This document shows positions 36,316 through 44,848 of a DNA stretch of 62,844 nt, in pieces. Location: assembly GCA_964645165.1 (NCBI GenBank), contig CAZXZI010000002.1, positions 1 to 62,844 on the forward strand, written 5' to 3'. The stretch is from an uncultured Ectothiorhodospiraceae bacterium. GTDB taxonomy: Bacteria; Pseudomonadota; Gammaproteobacteria; SZUA-152. The translations under genes were made by a program, and so were the position numbers. The notes under the pieces were generated by a model, which was given only the letters and a program-made list of their open reading frames with translations, had not been told where the DNA came from and made no database searches. Within the stretch, counting starts at the first letter, position 1; each line of letters opens with the position of its first letter.

Positions 36316-38502
36316 ATGGCTAAAGGAAAACAAAACAAGTGTGTCTCACGGATTCGCTACATCGGATTTGATCCGCAAGACGAACAGCCGGAATTGGCCG
36401 TTTACGCTATTGATCGTAAGCGACAGGTGTTGAAAGTCAGCACAGTGAATCACAAGGGTGAATTTTCGTTAGCGGATAGTGCTATTGAAAAAGCGGATCG
36501 CATTGTGATTGGCCCCAGGGTTGATGATGCTGCAACGCTGGATCATAAGCTGCTCGTCTCCTATCGGCCGAGTCAGTTTAAGACCATTCTGGGAACCACC
36601 GGGCGTTTTGAAATTCCAAAAGTGAAATGGTATCCGTGGCTGACTGTGCGGCAATGTGTGAGTGGGTCTGTGTCGCATTGTCACTGGTACCCCTGGTTGA
36701 CGGCGAATTTTATTAATACCTCGCAATTTAATACGCGGTTTTTATCGGCAGCAAAAACCAGGCTCGTCACCAATCTTGCCTTAAACAATCCAACAAAAAT
36801 GCTGAGTGATGCTGCCATTGCTCGTCCTACGATTCTTCCGCCTTTCGGTAAACACTGCACTGATGTTTGTGAAGGTGTGGTGGAGGTGTATCGCCGCAAC
36901 TGTTGTTGCAAACCGTGGATTATTTACGATCCCCGTCTCGATGACTTGCTGGCAGAACTGGAACGGCTGAAAGATATTTTGCCGCCGGAACCCTGGCCGC
37001 CACGGCCGCAGCCGGATCCCGTTCCCTTTGAGCAGTTACCTTTCCTCAAAGGAGCTACCATTAACGAAGCGCAACTCTCTGCTGGGCAGGATCTCATCGC
37101 CTTGCGTAGCCTGCCTGCGGAAAGTATTCCGGCGTACATCAATGCGCGTCCCTATTTGCACTGCCATTGTGGTACAGCCACAAAGATGGCAAAGGGTTTT
37201 ATCAAGCCGGATGGTGATTTTTCTATTTGCTGGACTGAGCCACGGCGTTGGATGTTGATCAATTGTCATGATGAATACGCCTATGTCGTGAAGCAGTCCG
37301 TCGATGGTGAGACGGTGACTATTTACGACGGTGTTACCGCGAACAAGTGGTTCCATTCCAATGTGAATGCCAGGCTGGTGAGTTATCACCCCCGTGCGCA
37401 ATCCTGCCGTAGCAACGAGTTTCCGGGTGAGGGCGCCTTTGCACTGTTGCAGGACATCGGCAATACAGGCAGCTTCCACCTGAAAACGCCTGATGCAACA
37501 GAGTGGGATCGTGTTGATGATCCTGAATATAACGATGGTCTGGCTTTTCCCGCAGCCAATCTAGCAGCGGCAAAGGGTAAGCTTCTCGACCGCAACTGGG
37601 GCGGTACATTACCATTGCGTTATTACTTTAGTGAGGCGATGAAGGATATTGGTGCAAAGTATTATCGGGTGAGCATTGTTGCTGCGAACCATCACGGTAA
37701 TCCCGTGGGTGACCGCACCTATCTTGCGCCTACCCAGTGGCGCTATTACGAATACGTGGATACGGAAATACACGTGCACAAAACGGCCTTGGGCCCGCAT
37801 AACGCGGGTGGTCAATTTAATCTCTATGAGATTCCTTACGATGCAGATCGTGAATGGCAGGATGGCTTGTATCACGCCATGTTGGATACAACACAACATA
37901 CTGAAGGTCGATACCTGCTGATGGTGGAGGTGTTTAACGCGGCAGGAAAATTGCTGCGGCCCACCGGCACTGCGAATCCAGGTGACAGCACAGAAGCGGC
38001 CTTCAGCTATCGACGCTGGTATCAGGAAACCGGACCGACGGCGGAAGTGCCTTTCGCCGCATTGACGCACATGTTGTGGTGGGACAATCGCAAGGCAGAG
38101 GCAAAGATTGAGGACTTGCGAGTTAATGGTGTCCAAAACACGGCAGAGTGTCAGTTCCTGGTGAACGCAGGGTCGAGCCAGTTCAGTGTGGGCTACCGTG
38201 CTTATCACCCCGAGCCGATGTTTATGCTGGATCACCGTATGTGGTGGCGACGCGGTTTGGGTGGACCCAGTGGTATTCTTACCAGCCCACATCCCAATCC
38301 GGATTATGTTGGTGTGCCGCCAGCGTTGCCCCATCAAAGCGGCAGTAATAGTTTTGCGACGATGTTGGCGGGCTTGAGTAATCCAAAGTGCAGTTTTTCG
38401 GTCAACCTGCACACCAACGTGAAAACCTTTAACGGCACAGTTACGTTGGATAGATACGACGATTGGGATCAGGCAGCCTTTGCGCTGGAGATGACTTCCT
38501 GA
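36316..38502 (+). CDS. Orphan 728-aa cytoplasmic-looking protein, Cys/Trp-rich N-terminal half
   Basis: AAGGAG lies 6 nt before the ATG at 36316. No signal peptide or TM segment is seen. Internal repeats are KWYPWLTVRQC and HWYPWLTANF. Cys clusters are CTDVCEG..RRNCCCKPW and HCHCG. I recognise no family. Confidence 0.6.
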   Translation: MAKGKQNKCVSRIRYIGFDPQDEQPELAVYAIDRKRQVLKVSTVNHKGEFSLADSAIEKADRIVIGPRVDDAATLDHKLLVSYRPSQFKTILGTTGRFEIPKVKWYPWLTVRQCVSGSVSHCHWYPWLTANFINTSQFNTRFLSAAKTRLVTNLALNNPTKMLSDAAIARPTILPPFGKHCTDVCEGVVEVYRRNCCCKPWIIYDPRLDDLLAELERLKDILPPEPWPPRPQPDPVPFEQLPFLKGATINEAQLSAGQDLIALRSLPAESIPAYINARPYLHCHCGTATKMAKGFIKPDGDFSICWTEPRRWMLINCHDEYAYVVKQSVDGETVTIYDGVTANKWFHSNVNARLVSYHPRAQSCRSNEFPGEGAFALLQDIGNTGSFHLKTPDATEWDRVDDPEYNDGLAFPAANLAAAKGKLLDRNWGGTLPLRYYFSEAMKDIGAKYYRVSIVAANHHGNPVGDRTYLAPTQWRYYEYVDTEIHVHKTALGPHNAGGQFNLYEIPYDADREWQDGLYHAMLDTTQHTEGRYLLMVEVFNAAGKLLRPTGTANPGDSTEAAFSYRRWYQETGPTAEVPFAALTHMLWWDNRKAEAKIEDLRVNGVQNTAECQFLVNAGSSQFSVGYRAYHPEPMFMLDHRMWWRRGLGGPSGILTSPHPNPDYVGVPPALPHQSGSNSFATMLAGLSNPKCSFSVNLHTNVKTFNGTVTLDRYDDWDQAAFALEMTS

Positions 38503-38565
38503 AAACCATTGATTAACAACAAAAGGTGATATCGGGCTTCTGCGCTTACAGCTTCGCTTGTAAAT

Positions 38566-39054
38566 TCAGGAGCCCGATGTATTTTCTCCCGTCATCCTGC
38601 CGCGTGCGGTGTGATGCTGGTCAACAGCGGGAATGAGCTTGCCGACTTTTCCAAGGCCGAATTGGGGCATGTTCGTGTACACGCACTCGTAACGTTCTTT
38701 TTGGGAAAGATAAGTCTCGTGCCAAATGCCGACGTCGCCATTAGTTCTTACCTTATTATTAAATTCAAGCCAGGCGGGAACGTGCTGTGAATCTTTACTA
38801 ACAGCATATTGCTCAAGGTGCTCAAATGATCGCCAATATTGCACCATGATCGAGGTTCGCCCAAACCATGATTCATGGCTGATAAAACCTAGCTCCGGCT
38901 TTTGTTTGAGCTCCGTTATCATTCTTTGCATTGCCAGAGTAACAGGCAGCCATTTATGCACCTTCCAGAATTTGTTGATGCGCATGCCAATTAGAAAGAT
39001 CACGAACTCCCCATCGACATCCGCAGTCATCTTTTCTTGATAGATTTTTGCCAC
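38566..39054 (-). CDS. DUF4188 (monooxygenase-like) family protein
   Basis: GEFVIFLIGMRINKFWKVHKWLPV, VQYWRSFEHLEQYA, HVPAWLEFN and VGIWHETY match the family pattern. Confidence 0.75.
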   Translation of the reverse strand: MAKIYQEKMTADVDGEFVIFLIGMRINKFWKVHKWLPVTLAMQRMITELKQKPELGFISHESWFGRTSIMVQYWRSFEHLEQYAVSKDSQHVPAWLEFNNKVRTNGDVGIWHETYLSQKERYECVYTNMPQFGLGKVGKLIPAVDQHHTARGRMTGENTSGS

Positions 39055-39121
39055 CTCATCCGTCTCCTGACATACAGAATAAACAAACTTGTTTTGTTCA
39101 ACTATCCACGAGAGCTAGGTC

Positions 39122-39328
39122 TCATAATCTTATAAAATACGGTATCGCCACTAGAGCGGCACCAACAATCAGCAATACGGTGACGTTTGGCACAAAGTAG
39201 GGGAAGACGAACAGGGCAATGCCGGTGAACAAGGGAATGAGGGCCCGTTGTTTTCGACCATAGGAAAAAAAGCCAATGCCAATGGCGCCGAACAACATTC
39301 CCCATATGAGTGTTGATGTACTTTCCAT
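39122..39328 (-). CDS. Small integral membrane protein (68 aa, about 3 TM)
   Basis: MESTSTLIWGMLFGAIGIGFFSYGRKQRALIPLFTGIALFVFPYF... The start lies 8 nt after the stop of the upstream gene. Confidence 0.6.
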   Translation of the reverse strand: MESTSTLIWGMLFGAIGIGFFSYGRKQRALIPLFTGIALFVFPYFVPNVTVLLIVGAALVAIPYFIRL

Positions 39329-39335
39329 TGAGTGT

Positions 39336-40514
39336 TTAGCTGTGAGGTGGCTCGCTGTCCGGTGCGTCGAAACCAAACCATTTTTTAAGCCGCTTGCGAA
39401 TCAGGAAAATAAACAGACCAAAAATAGTGGCTACCAGCCATGTCCAAAAATTAAGAATGCCGTCCCACAGTATTTCCCACAGTTGCAGCAGATAATTTTT
39501 TGCCACACCTTCCTTGTTGACCACCACGTCCACTTTTAGAGTAGTGGCCGACTTGGGTACCGGTGTGCCGGAACACACATCAGATGTAAACAAAAGCACA
39601 TCGGCGCCTACCTTAAAGGTGCCGGTGGATTTTGGCGTAATGGAAAAATGGGTTTCGGAACCGGACGGATCGACTTTAAAACAAATGCTCTCTTTGGGCG
39701 TTATGTCAAAGTCGGGTGCGTAGGGTGTCACTTTAGCTGAGTTGCCCATGGCGGGCAGCGTTTTCTGCGTTGTTGCCATGTCGGCGGAGAAGTTTGCGCT
39801 GAGTTTTGAGTCGCCAATCCATACCTTGAGCTCCCCCGGTGGGCCTGGTTTTTTTATTATCCCATCAACCCCTAATTCCACCTTATATTCGTTCAGCGGA
39901 TTGATGAATTCCACAGGCTCGACCTGGGTTGAAGTAAGTGCCAATGTTTCTGCAGGTGGATTGTTATTTTTGGGTGACTTGGACTTTTGGGTTGCAGTCG
40001 GTGAGCTCTTATCAAAGGTGATTAGTTCTGATGAACCACTCCGGGCTTCATTTTTTATGGCATGTGGCCTTGTATTCGTTTGTGGGATTTTTAGGATGCT
40101 GCCAACGCTCAAACCAGAAGTCGAACGTCTTTGTCGAGTGGTGTCGCGTGCTGCTGTTGGCGGCATTGCCATTATTACAGACTTAAACGTGCGAACCGGT
40201 TGAGTAAACCAGATTTTATTTTTTTTATCGCAAGGGGGTGTTTTACAACAAAATGCGTGAACTTGAACCTTGATGTTCGAATTCTTTTTAGCGTGACACA
40301 GTGTGTTATTTGCCGAGCCGGTAATCTTTGTGCCAGAAACATTGAGGGTTAGTGTGCAGGCCTTGGAATTGATATGTTTGATGGAGATGACTTTAGCCGT
40401 AATCGTCTTACCAGAATGCGCAAGCTCGGTTATTTTGTCACTAAAGCAGGCCGCCCAACTGATGCTGGGGATCAATAAGAAAATTAGACTATAAAATGGC
40501 TTTATTTTTAGCAT
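39336..40514 (-). CDS. Envelope protein with a signal peptide, Cys-rich domain, disordered S/T/K/P linker, Ig-like domain and C-terminal TM anchor
   Basis: Start at MLKIKPFYSLIFLLIPSISWAAC. Then come a low-complexity linker, a beta-rich region and the C-terminal helix WTWLVATIFGLFIFLIRKRLKKW. The coding sequence is A/T-rich. Confidence 0.6.
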   Translation of the reverse strand: MLKIKPFYSLIFLLIPSISWAACFSDKITELAHSGKTITAKVISIKHINSKACTLTLNVSGTKITGSANNTLCHAKKNSNIKVQVHAFCCKTPPCDKKNKIWFTQPVRTFKSVIMAMPPTAARDTTRQRRSTSGLSVGSILKIPQTNTRPHAIKNEARSGSSELITFDKSSPTATQKSKSPKNNNPPAETLALTSTQVEPVEFINPLNEYKVELGVDGIIKKPGPPGELKVWIGDSKLSANFSADMATTQKTLPAMGNSAKVTPYAPDFDITPKESICFKVDPSGSETHFSITPKSTGTFKVGADVLLFTSDVCSGTPVPKSATTLKVDVVVNKEGVAKNYLLQLWEILWDGILNFWTWLVATIFGLFIFLIRKRLKKWFGFDAPDSEPPHS

Positions 40515-40541
40515 GTCTCTGATTAAACCTCCGTTATGCAT

Positions 40542-41177
40542 TTAGGATTTGAAGCGGAATGTTGGCAGCCCAATGTTATAACGAATAGCGAGCATGCGTG
40601 TGATAAAGATTCCGAGTCCAGCAATAGTAGCGGCAGTGGTGACACCAGTGTGCAATTGCAGCAGCCCAATAAATAACAAAGAACCTCCCCAAGACACGGT
40701 GGCATAGAGTGAGCTTTGGAAGACCACGGGGGGTTCATTGCACAACACATCACGAAAGATGCCACCCATGGTGCCTGTCATGACGCCCATAAAACTGGCG
40801 ATTAGCCAAGGCGCACCTACCATCAATGAGACCAGTGTTCCTGCAATACTAAAGGTTGCGAGGCCAGCGGCATCAGGTAGCAGGAACAGCCTGGGGGAAA
40901 TGGTGGTTATGCGTGCCGCAATAAATATAGCAAGGGCGCTGGCCAGTGAGGCGATAAAAAATACTTCATCTCGAATCCAAAACACGTCTCTATCCAGAAG
41001 CATATCCCGCAGTGAACCGCCTCCCAGGGCAGTGGTGACTGCGATAATAACCACGCCAAACAGATCAAATTGCTTGAAGCCTGCCTTAAGGACGCCTGAG
41101 GCAGACGAGACAATAACGGCGAGTAGCGTTATTGAATAGAGGCTATCTAGAAGTGCTGGTGTTGGATTTAATAACAT
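40542..41177 (-). CDS. TRIC-type cation channel (UPF0126, YadS/YicG family)
   Basis: Two internal repeats each carry the Gly-rich motif (ALGGGSLRDMLL and TMGGIFRDVL), within seven hydrophobic segments. Confidence 0.85.
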   Translation of the reverse strand: MLLNPTPALLDSLYSITLLAVIVSSASGVLKAGFKQFDLFGVVIIAVTTALGGGSLRDMLLDRDVFWIRDEVFFIASLASALAIFIAARITTISPRLFLLPDAAGLATFSIAGTLVSLMVGAPWLIASFMGVMTGTMGGIFRDVLCNEPPVVFQSSLYATVSWGGSLLFIGLLQLHTGVTTAATIAGLGIFITRMLAIRYNIGLPTFRFKS

Positions 41178-41211
41178 GACTGGGCTTGTTTATTCCTGCG
41201 CGTGCCGTGAG

Positions 41212-42156
41212 CTAGCTCGCCCATCCCGCCAAGGTCATCAATGCCAAAATAGTTATCCATGCCACCAGGCTACGTCCACACAAGCCCAGTGTTTCGCGGA
41301 TGGCATCGTTGTGTTGTGCATCATCTTGCGGCGGATGGTTATCGAATTGTAACGAAGCAAAGCCGATGCGTAATAACAGACGATTATTTTGAGATATCGT
41401 GTTGTTGATGCCATCGTCTTCGTCCAATGGTGCATCCTGCCAGGCGTGCATAGCGTGGGTGAAGCTGCCCATCACGGCATAGCTGAGTGCGGTGAGGTGG
41501 CTGGGGATCCAGGCGAGAAGGTAATGCAGACGAGAGACGGCGTTTTGAAATTCGCTGCCGCTGGTTTCGCCATTTTTGGACTCTGTTTCCTCGTCGCATG
41601 TTTTGCAGTTGTGTAGTCCGGCTTGTTGCAGTTCGGCACTGAGCCGATACAACACGGCACCCATGGGGCCGAGGATCACAAACCAGAAAAGAATGGCTAG
41701 CAATTGCTCGTGGGTCTGGATGAGGATGCATTCGCAGAGTGTGCGAACGCGCGCGAATTTGTTTTCGGGCAGTGGAGTGCTGCTTGTGCAGGAGACAAGT
41801 TCCTGCAGGATAGTGTTCGCGTTGTCACTGTTGCCGCTTTCTTCGGCATCCAGGTATTCGTGTACCAGCTGGCGCTTGTCTTTTGGTCCAAGGCAATAAG
41901 TGAGCACGAGGATGCTAAAGATAAAGCTGAAGAACACCAGCAGATCGTTGAGTAAATATTGAACGATAGCGATGCCGGTGAGCGGTAGTAAAACGATGAT
42001 GAGTAGACAGGGGATGCCCTGCCATTTTGGATGGTTGGTCGTTTGCGCGCACATCCATTGATGGTAGGGCCTGATCCAGGCAAGGCTGCGTAGGCCGTGC
42101 ATGGGCGGCAGCAGTTTTTCCAGGATGAGGCTGATCAGTATGGCGAGCAGGGACAT
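41212..42156 (-). CDS. ampE: AmpE-family membrane protein
   Basis: The N-terminus MSLLAILISLILEKLLP plus the position directly downstream of ampD fit AmpE. The protein (314 aa) is longer than typical AmpE because of a central insert. Confidence 0.7.
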   Translation of the reverse strand: MSLLAILISLILEKLLPPMHGLRSLAWIRPYHQWMCAQTTNHPKWQGIPCLLIIVLLPLTGIAIVQYLLNDLLVFFSFIFSILVLTYCLGPKDKRQLVHEYLDAEESGNSDNANTILQELVSCTSSTPLPENKFARVRTLCECILIQTHEQLLAILFWFVILGPMGAVLYRLSAELQQAGLHNCKTCDEETESKNGETSGSEFQNAVSRLHYLLAWIPSHLTALSYAVMGSFTHAMHAWQDAPLDEDDGINNTISQNNRLLLRIGFASLQFDNHPPQDDAQHNDAIRETLGLCGRSLVAWITILALMTLAGWAS

Positions 42157-42219
42157 GGCGACTCACGTTGTTTTGTTGTTGGACTGTGGAGCATCATAAC
42201 GGAATTGTGGCTCGGAGGT

Positions 42220-42780
42220 TTAGGCGTTATCACCTTTTAAGGCCTGCCAAAATAACGGCCACAAAAAGTGCGGGCCAGGATCAGTTTTGCGGCCGGGAGC
42301 TATGTCGCTGTGGCCGGTGATGCGCTCGGGGGTGATGTCGGGATAGGCCTGCATGACGGCCTGGCTAAGTCTGCCGAGTTGCTGGTACTGGATGGACTCG
42401 AAGGGTTGATCGTCACTGCCTTCCAGTTCGATGCCGATGGAAAAGTCATTGCAGCGTTCACGGCCTTCAAAGTTCGATTTGCCGGCGTGCCAGGCGCGTT
42501 GCTGGAACGGTACATATTGTATGGTTTCCCCGTTACGGCGGATCAGTGCATGGGCCGACACGGTGAGTCCGCAGATGTCGGCGAAGCTGCTGTGTTCACT
42601 GGCATCGAGTTGATTACAAAATAGTGCGTCAATCCACGGGCCGCCGAACCCGCCTTCCGGCAGGCTGATGGCGTGAATTACCAACAGGTCGATGGGGCTG
42701 TTCGCCGGGCGCGCATCACAATTGGGTGATGGCACGTGCGTTGCGTCGTCGAGCAGGCCGGTTTGAGGGTCAATGCGCAT
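42220..42780 (-). CDS. ampD: 1,6-anhydro-N-acetylmuramyl-L-alanine amidase AmpD
   Basis: PSPNCDARP, LLVIHAISLP, VSAHALIRRNGE, RAWHAG, NDFSIGIELEG and ITGHSDIAPGRKTDPGP are present. Start at the ATG at 42780. Confidence 0.92.
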   Translation of the reverse strand: MRIDPQTGLLDDATHVPSPNCDARPANSPIDLLVIHAISLPEGGFGGPWIDALFCNQLDASEHSSFADICGLTVSAHALIRRNGETIQYVPFQQRAWHAGKSNFEGRERCNDFSIGIELEGSDDQPFESIQYQQLGRLSQAVMQAYPDITPERITGHSDIAPGRKTDPGPHFLWPLFWQALKGDNA

Positions 42781-42847
42781 AATGAAAATGTTTGTCCATC
42801 GAGCTAAGATAAACGGACTATCGACCATGATGCAGCGTGTGTAAACC

Positions 42848-43195
42848 ATGAAAAAGACAGCTATCAGTTTTGCGATGATTGTGGCCTTGCTTGCCGTGGC
42901 GGTGTTGAACTGGGATTCCGTGCACGCGTTGTTGGTCGCTCGCCCGAATTTTGCTGCTCTGCACCAAGAACCGGTAATTTTGTACGGCACCGATTGGTGT
43001 AGTAACTGCAAAATGACGCGAGCCTATCTGCGTAAAAATCACATTCCCTTTTTTGAATACGATGTGGAAAAGTCGCCCGAGGGACAGCGTCAGTTCAAGG
43101 CCTTGCAGGGGAATGGTGTACCCGTGTTACTGGTGAAAAATAATGTGCTGCGCGGTTTTGATCCCCGTGCGATTCAGGCGGCGATGCGTAACTGA
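42848..43195 (+). CDS. Membrane-anchored or secreted glutaredoxin-like protein
   Basis: An N-terminal hydrophobic segment is followed by VILYGTDWCSNCKMTRAYL and GVPVLLV. Confidence 0.7.
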   Translation: MKKTAISFAMIVALLAVAVLNWDSVHALLVARPNFAALHQEPVILYGTDWCSNCKMTRAYLRKNHIPFFEYDVEKSPEGQRQFKALQGNGVPVLLVKNNVLRGFDPRAIQAAMRN

Positions 43196-43419
43196 TGGTC
43201 GAATATCGTTTTCACCTGGCTATTCCGGCTGAAAAATATTTGGCATTTTACGAAGGCGCTGCGCGCCAGGTAGTGGTGAAGTTGGCCAGCGGCCAAAGCC
43301 TGCAATTCCCGGCAGAATCTTTACGCCCATTTGTGGCGCGCGAAGGCGTGCATGGCGAATTTGTGTTGCGGGTGGATGCTAACAATAAGTTGCAGGCCCT
43401 GGAACGGGTGGGCGACTGA
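43195..43419 (+). CDS. DUF2835 family protein
   Basis: F.L.IPAEKYLAFYEG.A..VVV....G.SLQFPAESLRPFV...GVHGEF fits the family. The gene overlaps both neighbours by 1 nt. Confidence 0.65.
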   Translation: MVEYRFHLAIPAEKYLAFYEGAARQVVVKLASGQSLQFPAESLRPFVAREGVHGEFVLRVDANNKLQALERVGD

Positions 43420-44342
43420 TGCGTATCGGCATTGATTTGGGTGGGACGAAAATCGAGGCCATTGCCTTGGATGAACAAGGCGTAACACTGGCTCGGCAAC
43501 GCGTGCCAACACCGGCTGGTGATTATGCGGCCACCGTGCAGGCTGTTACGGATTTGGTGTTGTCGCTTGAAAAATCACAGGAGCAAATCGGCACCGTGGG
43601 CGTGGCGACGCCGGGCGCCATTGCGCCGGGTACCGGCAGGCTGAAAAACGCCAACTCGGTATGTCTCAACGGCCAGCCTCTGCAAGTGGATTTACAGACG
43701 GCCTTGCAACGAGAAGTGCGGCTGGCCAATGATGCCGATTGTTTTGCGTTATCCGAAGCCACGGATGGGGCGGCGACGGGTGCTGCGGTGGCGTTCGGGG
43801 TGATTGTGGGCACTGGCACGGGTGGTGGTGTGGTAGTGAATGGTCAGTTGTTGCGCGGCGCCAATGCCATCAGCGGTGAATGGGGGCACAATCCACTGCC
43901 TTGGCCTCAGCTGGACGAACTGCCGGGGCCGGAGTGTTATTGTGGCCGGCGCGGTTGTATCGAGACTTTTTTGTCCGGGCCGGGGCTGGCGCGAGATCAT
44001 GCCGCAATGACGGGTGAGCAGGGTGATGCGGTAGAGATTGTGGCGCAGGCCGAAGCGGGCAATGCGAACGCGGAGGCCAGTCTGCAACGTTACGCGCAAC
44101 GCATGGCGCGTGCCCTGGCCTCGGTGATCAACCTGCTGGATCCGGAGGTGATTGTGCTGGGCGGCGGCATGTCGAATATCTACCGACTGTATGAAACGGT
44201 ACCGCTGTTGTGGGGTGAATATGTTTTTTCAACGGGGGTGGAAAATGAGCCGGTGCGCACGCGGTTGTTGCCACCCAAGCACGGGGATTCCAGTGGGGTG
44301 CGGGGTGCGGCGTGGTTGTGGAGAAGCTCAGGGGAAAGATAA
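43419..44342 (+). CDS. mak: ROK-family sugar kinase, closest in pattern to fructo(manno)kinase Mak/YajF
   Basis: MRIGIDLGGTK, LKNANSVCLNGQPL, REVRLANDADCFALSEA, GEWGHNPLPW, CYCGRRGCIETFLSG and KHGDSSGVRGAAWLW are colinear with E. coli Mak. Confidence 0.8.
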   Translation: MRIGIDLGGTKIEAIALDEQGVTLARQRVPTPAGDYAATVQAVTDLVLSLEKSQEQIGTVGVATPGAIAPGTGRLKNANSVCLNGQPLQVDLQTALQREVRLANDADCFALSEATDGAATGAAVAFGVIVGTGTGGGVVVNGQLLRGANAISGEWGHNPLPWPQLDELPGPECYCGRRGCIETFLSGPGLARDHAAMTGEQGDAVEIVAQAEAGNANAEASLQRYAQRMARALASVINLLDPEVIVLGGGMSNIYRLYETVPLLWGEYVFSTGVENEPVRTRLLPPKHGDSSGVRGAAWLWRSSGER

Positions 44343-44398
44343 AGGCGAGTATCCGCTAGGAATGCGCTTAAATATTTGTCTGCAAACGTCTTTCTTCT

Positions 44399-44486
44399 GT
44401 CATGCCAGCACATACCCTCTGGGGCATAAAGGCCAGCATCCAGTGGTTTTAAAGCGTTCTTAGCTTCCGGCCCGCGTAGAAATGAC
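44399..44486. repeat. Diverged family-A REP-like units
   Basis: gtcatgccagca...ggccagcatccag and ttccggcccgcgtagaaatgac are diverged versions of the family-A units. Confidence 0.5.
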
Positions 44487-44560
44487 GGATAGTAAAGTCA
44501 GTGGGTGGCGCTGGATTTAGGCGGATAAAAGTCTAATTCCCATCGTAGTGGGAAGCAGAT

Positions 44561-44848
44561 TTATTGACTCACAGGAAGTAGCGGACTATCCATTTTTGTT
44601 TCATCCAGGTTGGCTCCCGCCAAATCGGCGGCGGTGAGATCCGCGCCGCGCAAGTCTGCGCCGCCGAGATTGGCTAGACGTAAATCCGCACCAATGAGAT
44701 TGGCGCCCCGCAGATCAGCACCCTGCAGATCAAATTGCACTAAATTGGCATTTTCCAGATTGGCGTCCCGCAGGTCGGCATTTTGCAGGCTGCTGATGTC
44801 CAGCGTTAGCAGGGTGCTGAGGCCTTTGCGGTCATGGATTACGATCAT
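44561..44848 (-). CDS. Pentapeptide-repeat protein (95 aa)
   Basis: A(D/N)L.. repeats run through most of the protein. An ATGA overlap links it to the upstream gene. Confidence 0.85.
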   Translation of the reverse strand: MIVIHDRKGLSTLLTLDISSLQNADLRDANLENANLVQFDLQGADLRGANLIGADLRLANLGGADLRGADLTAADLAGANLDETKMDSPLLPVSQ

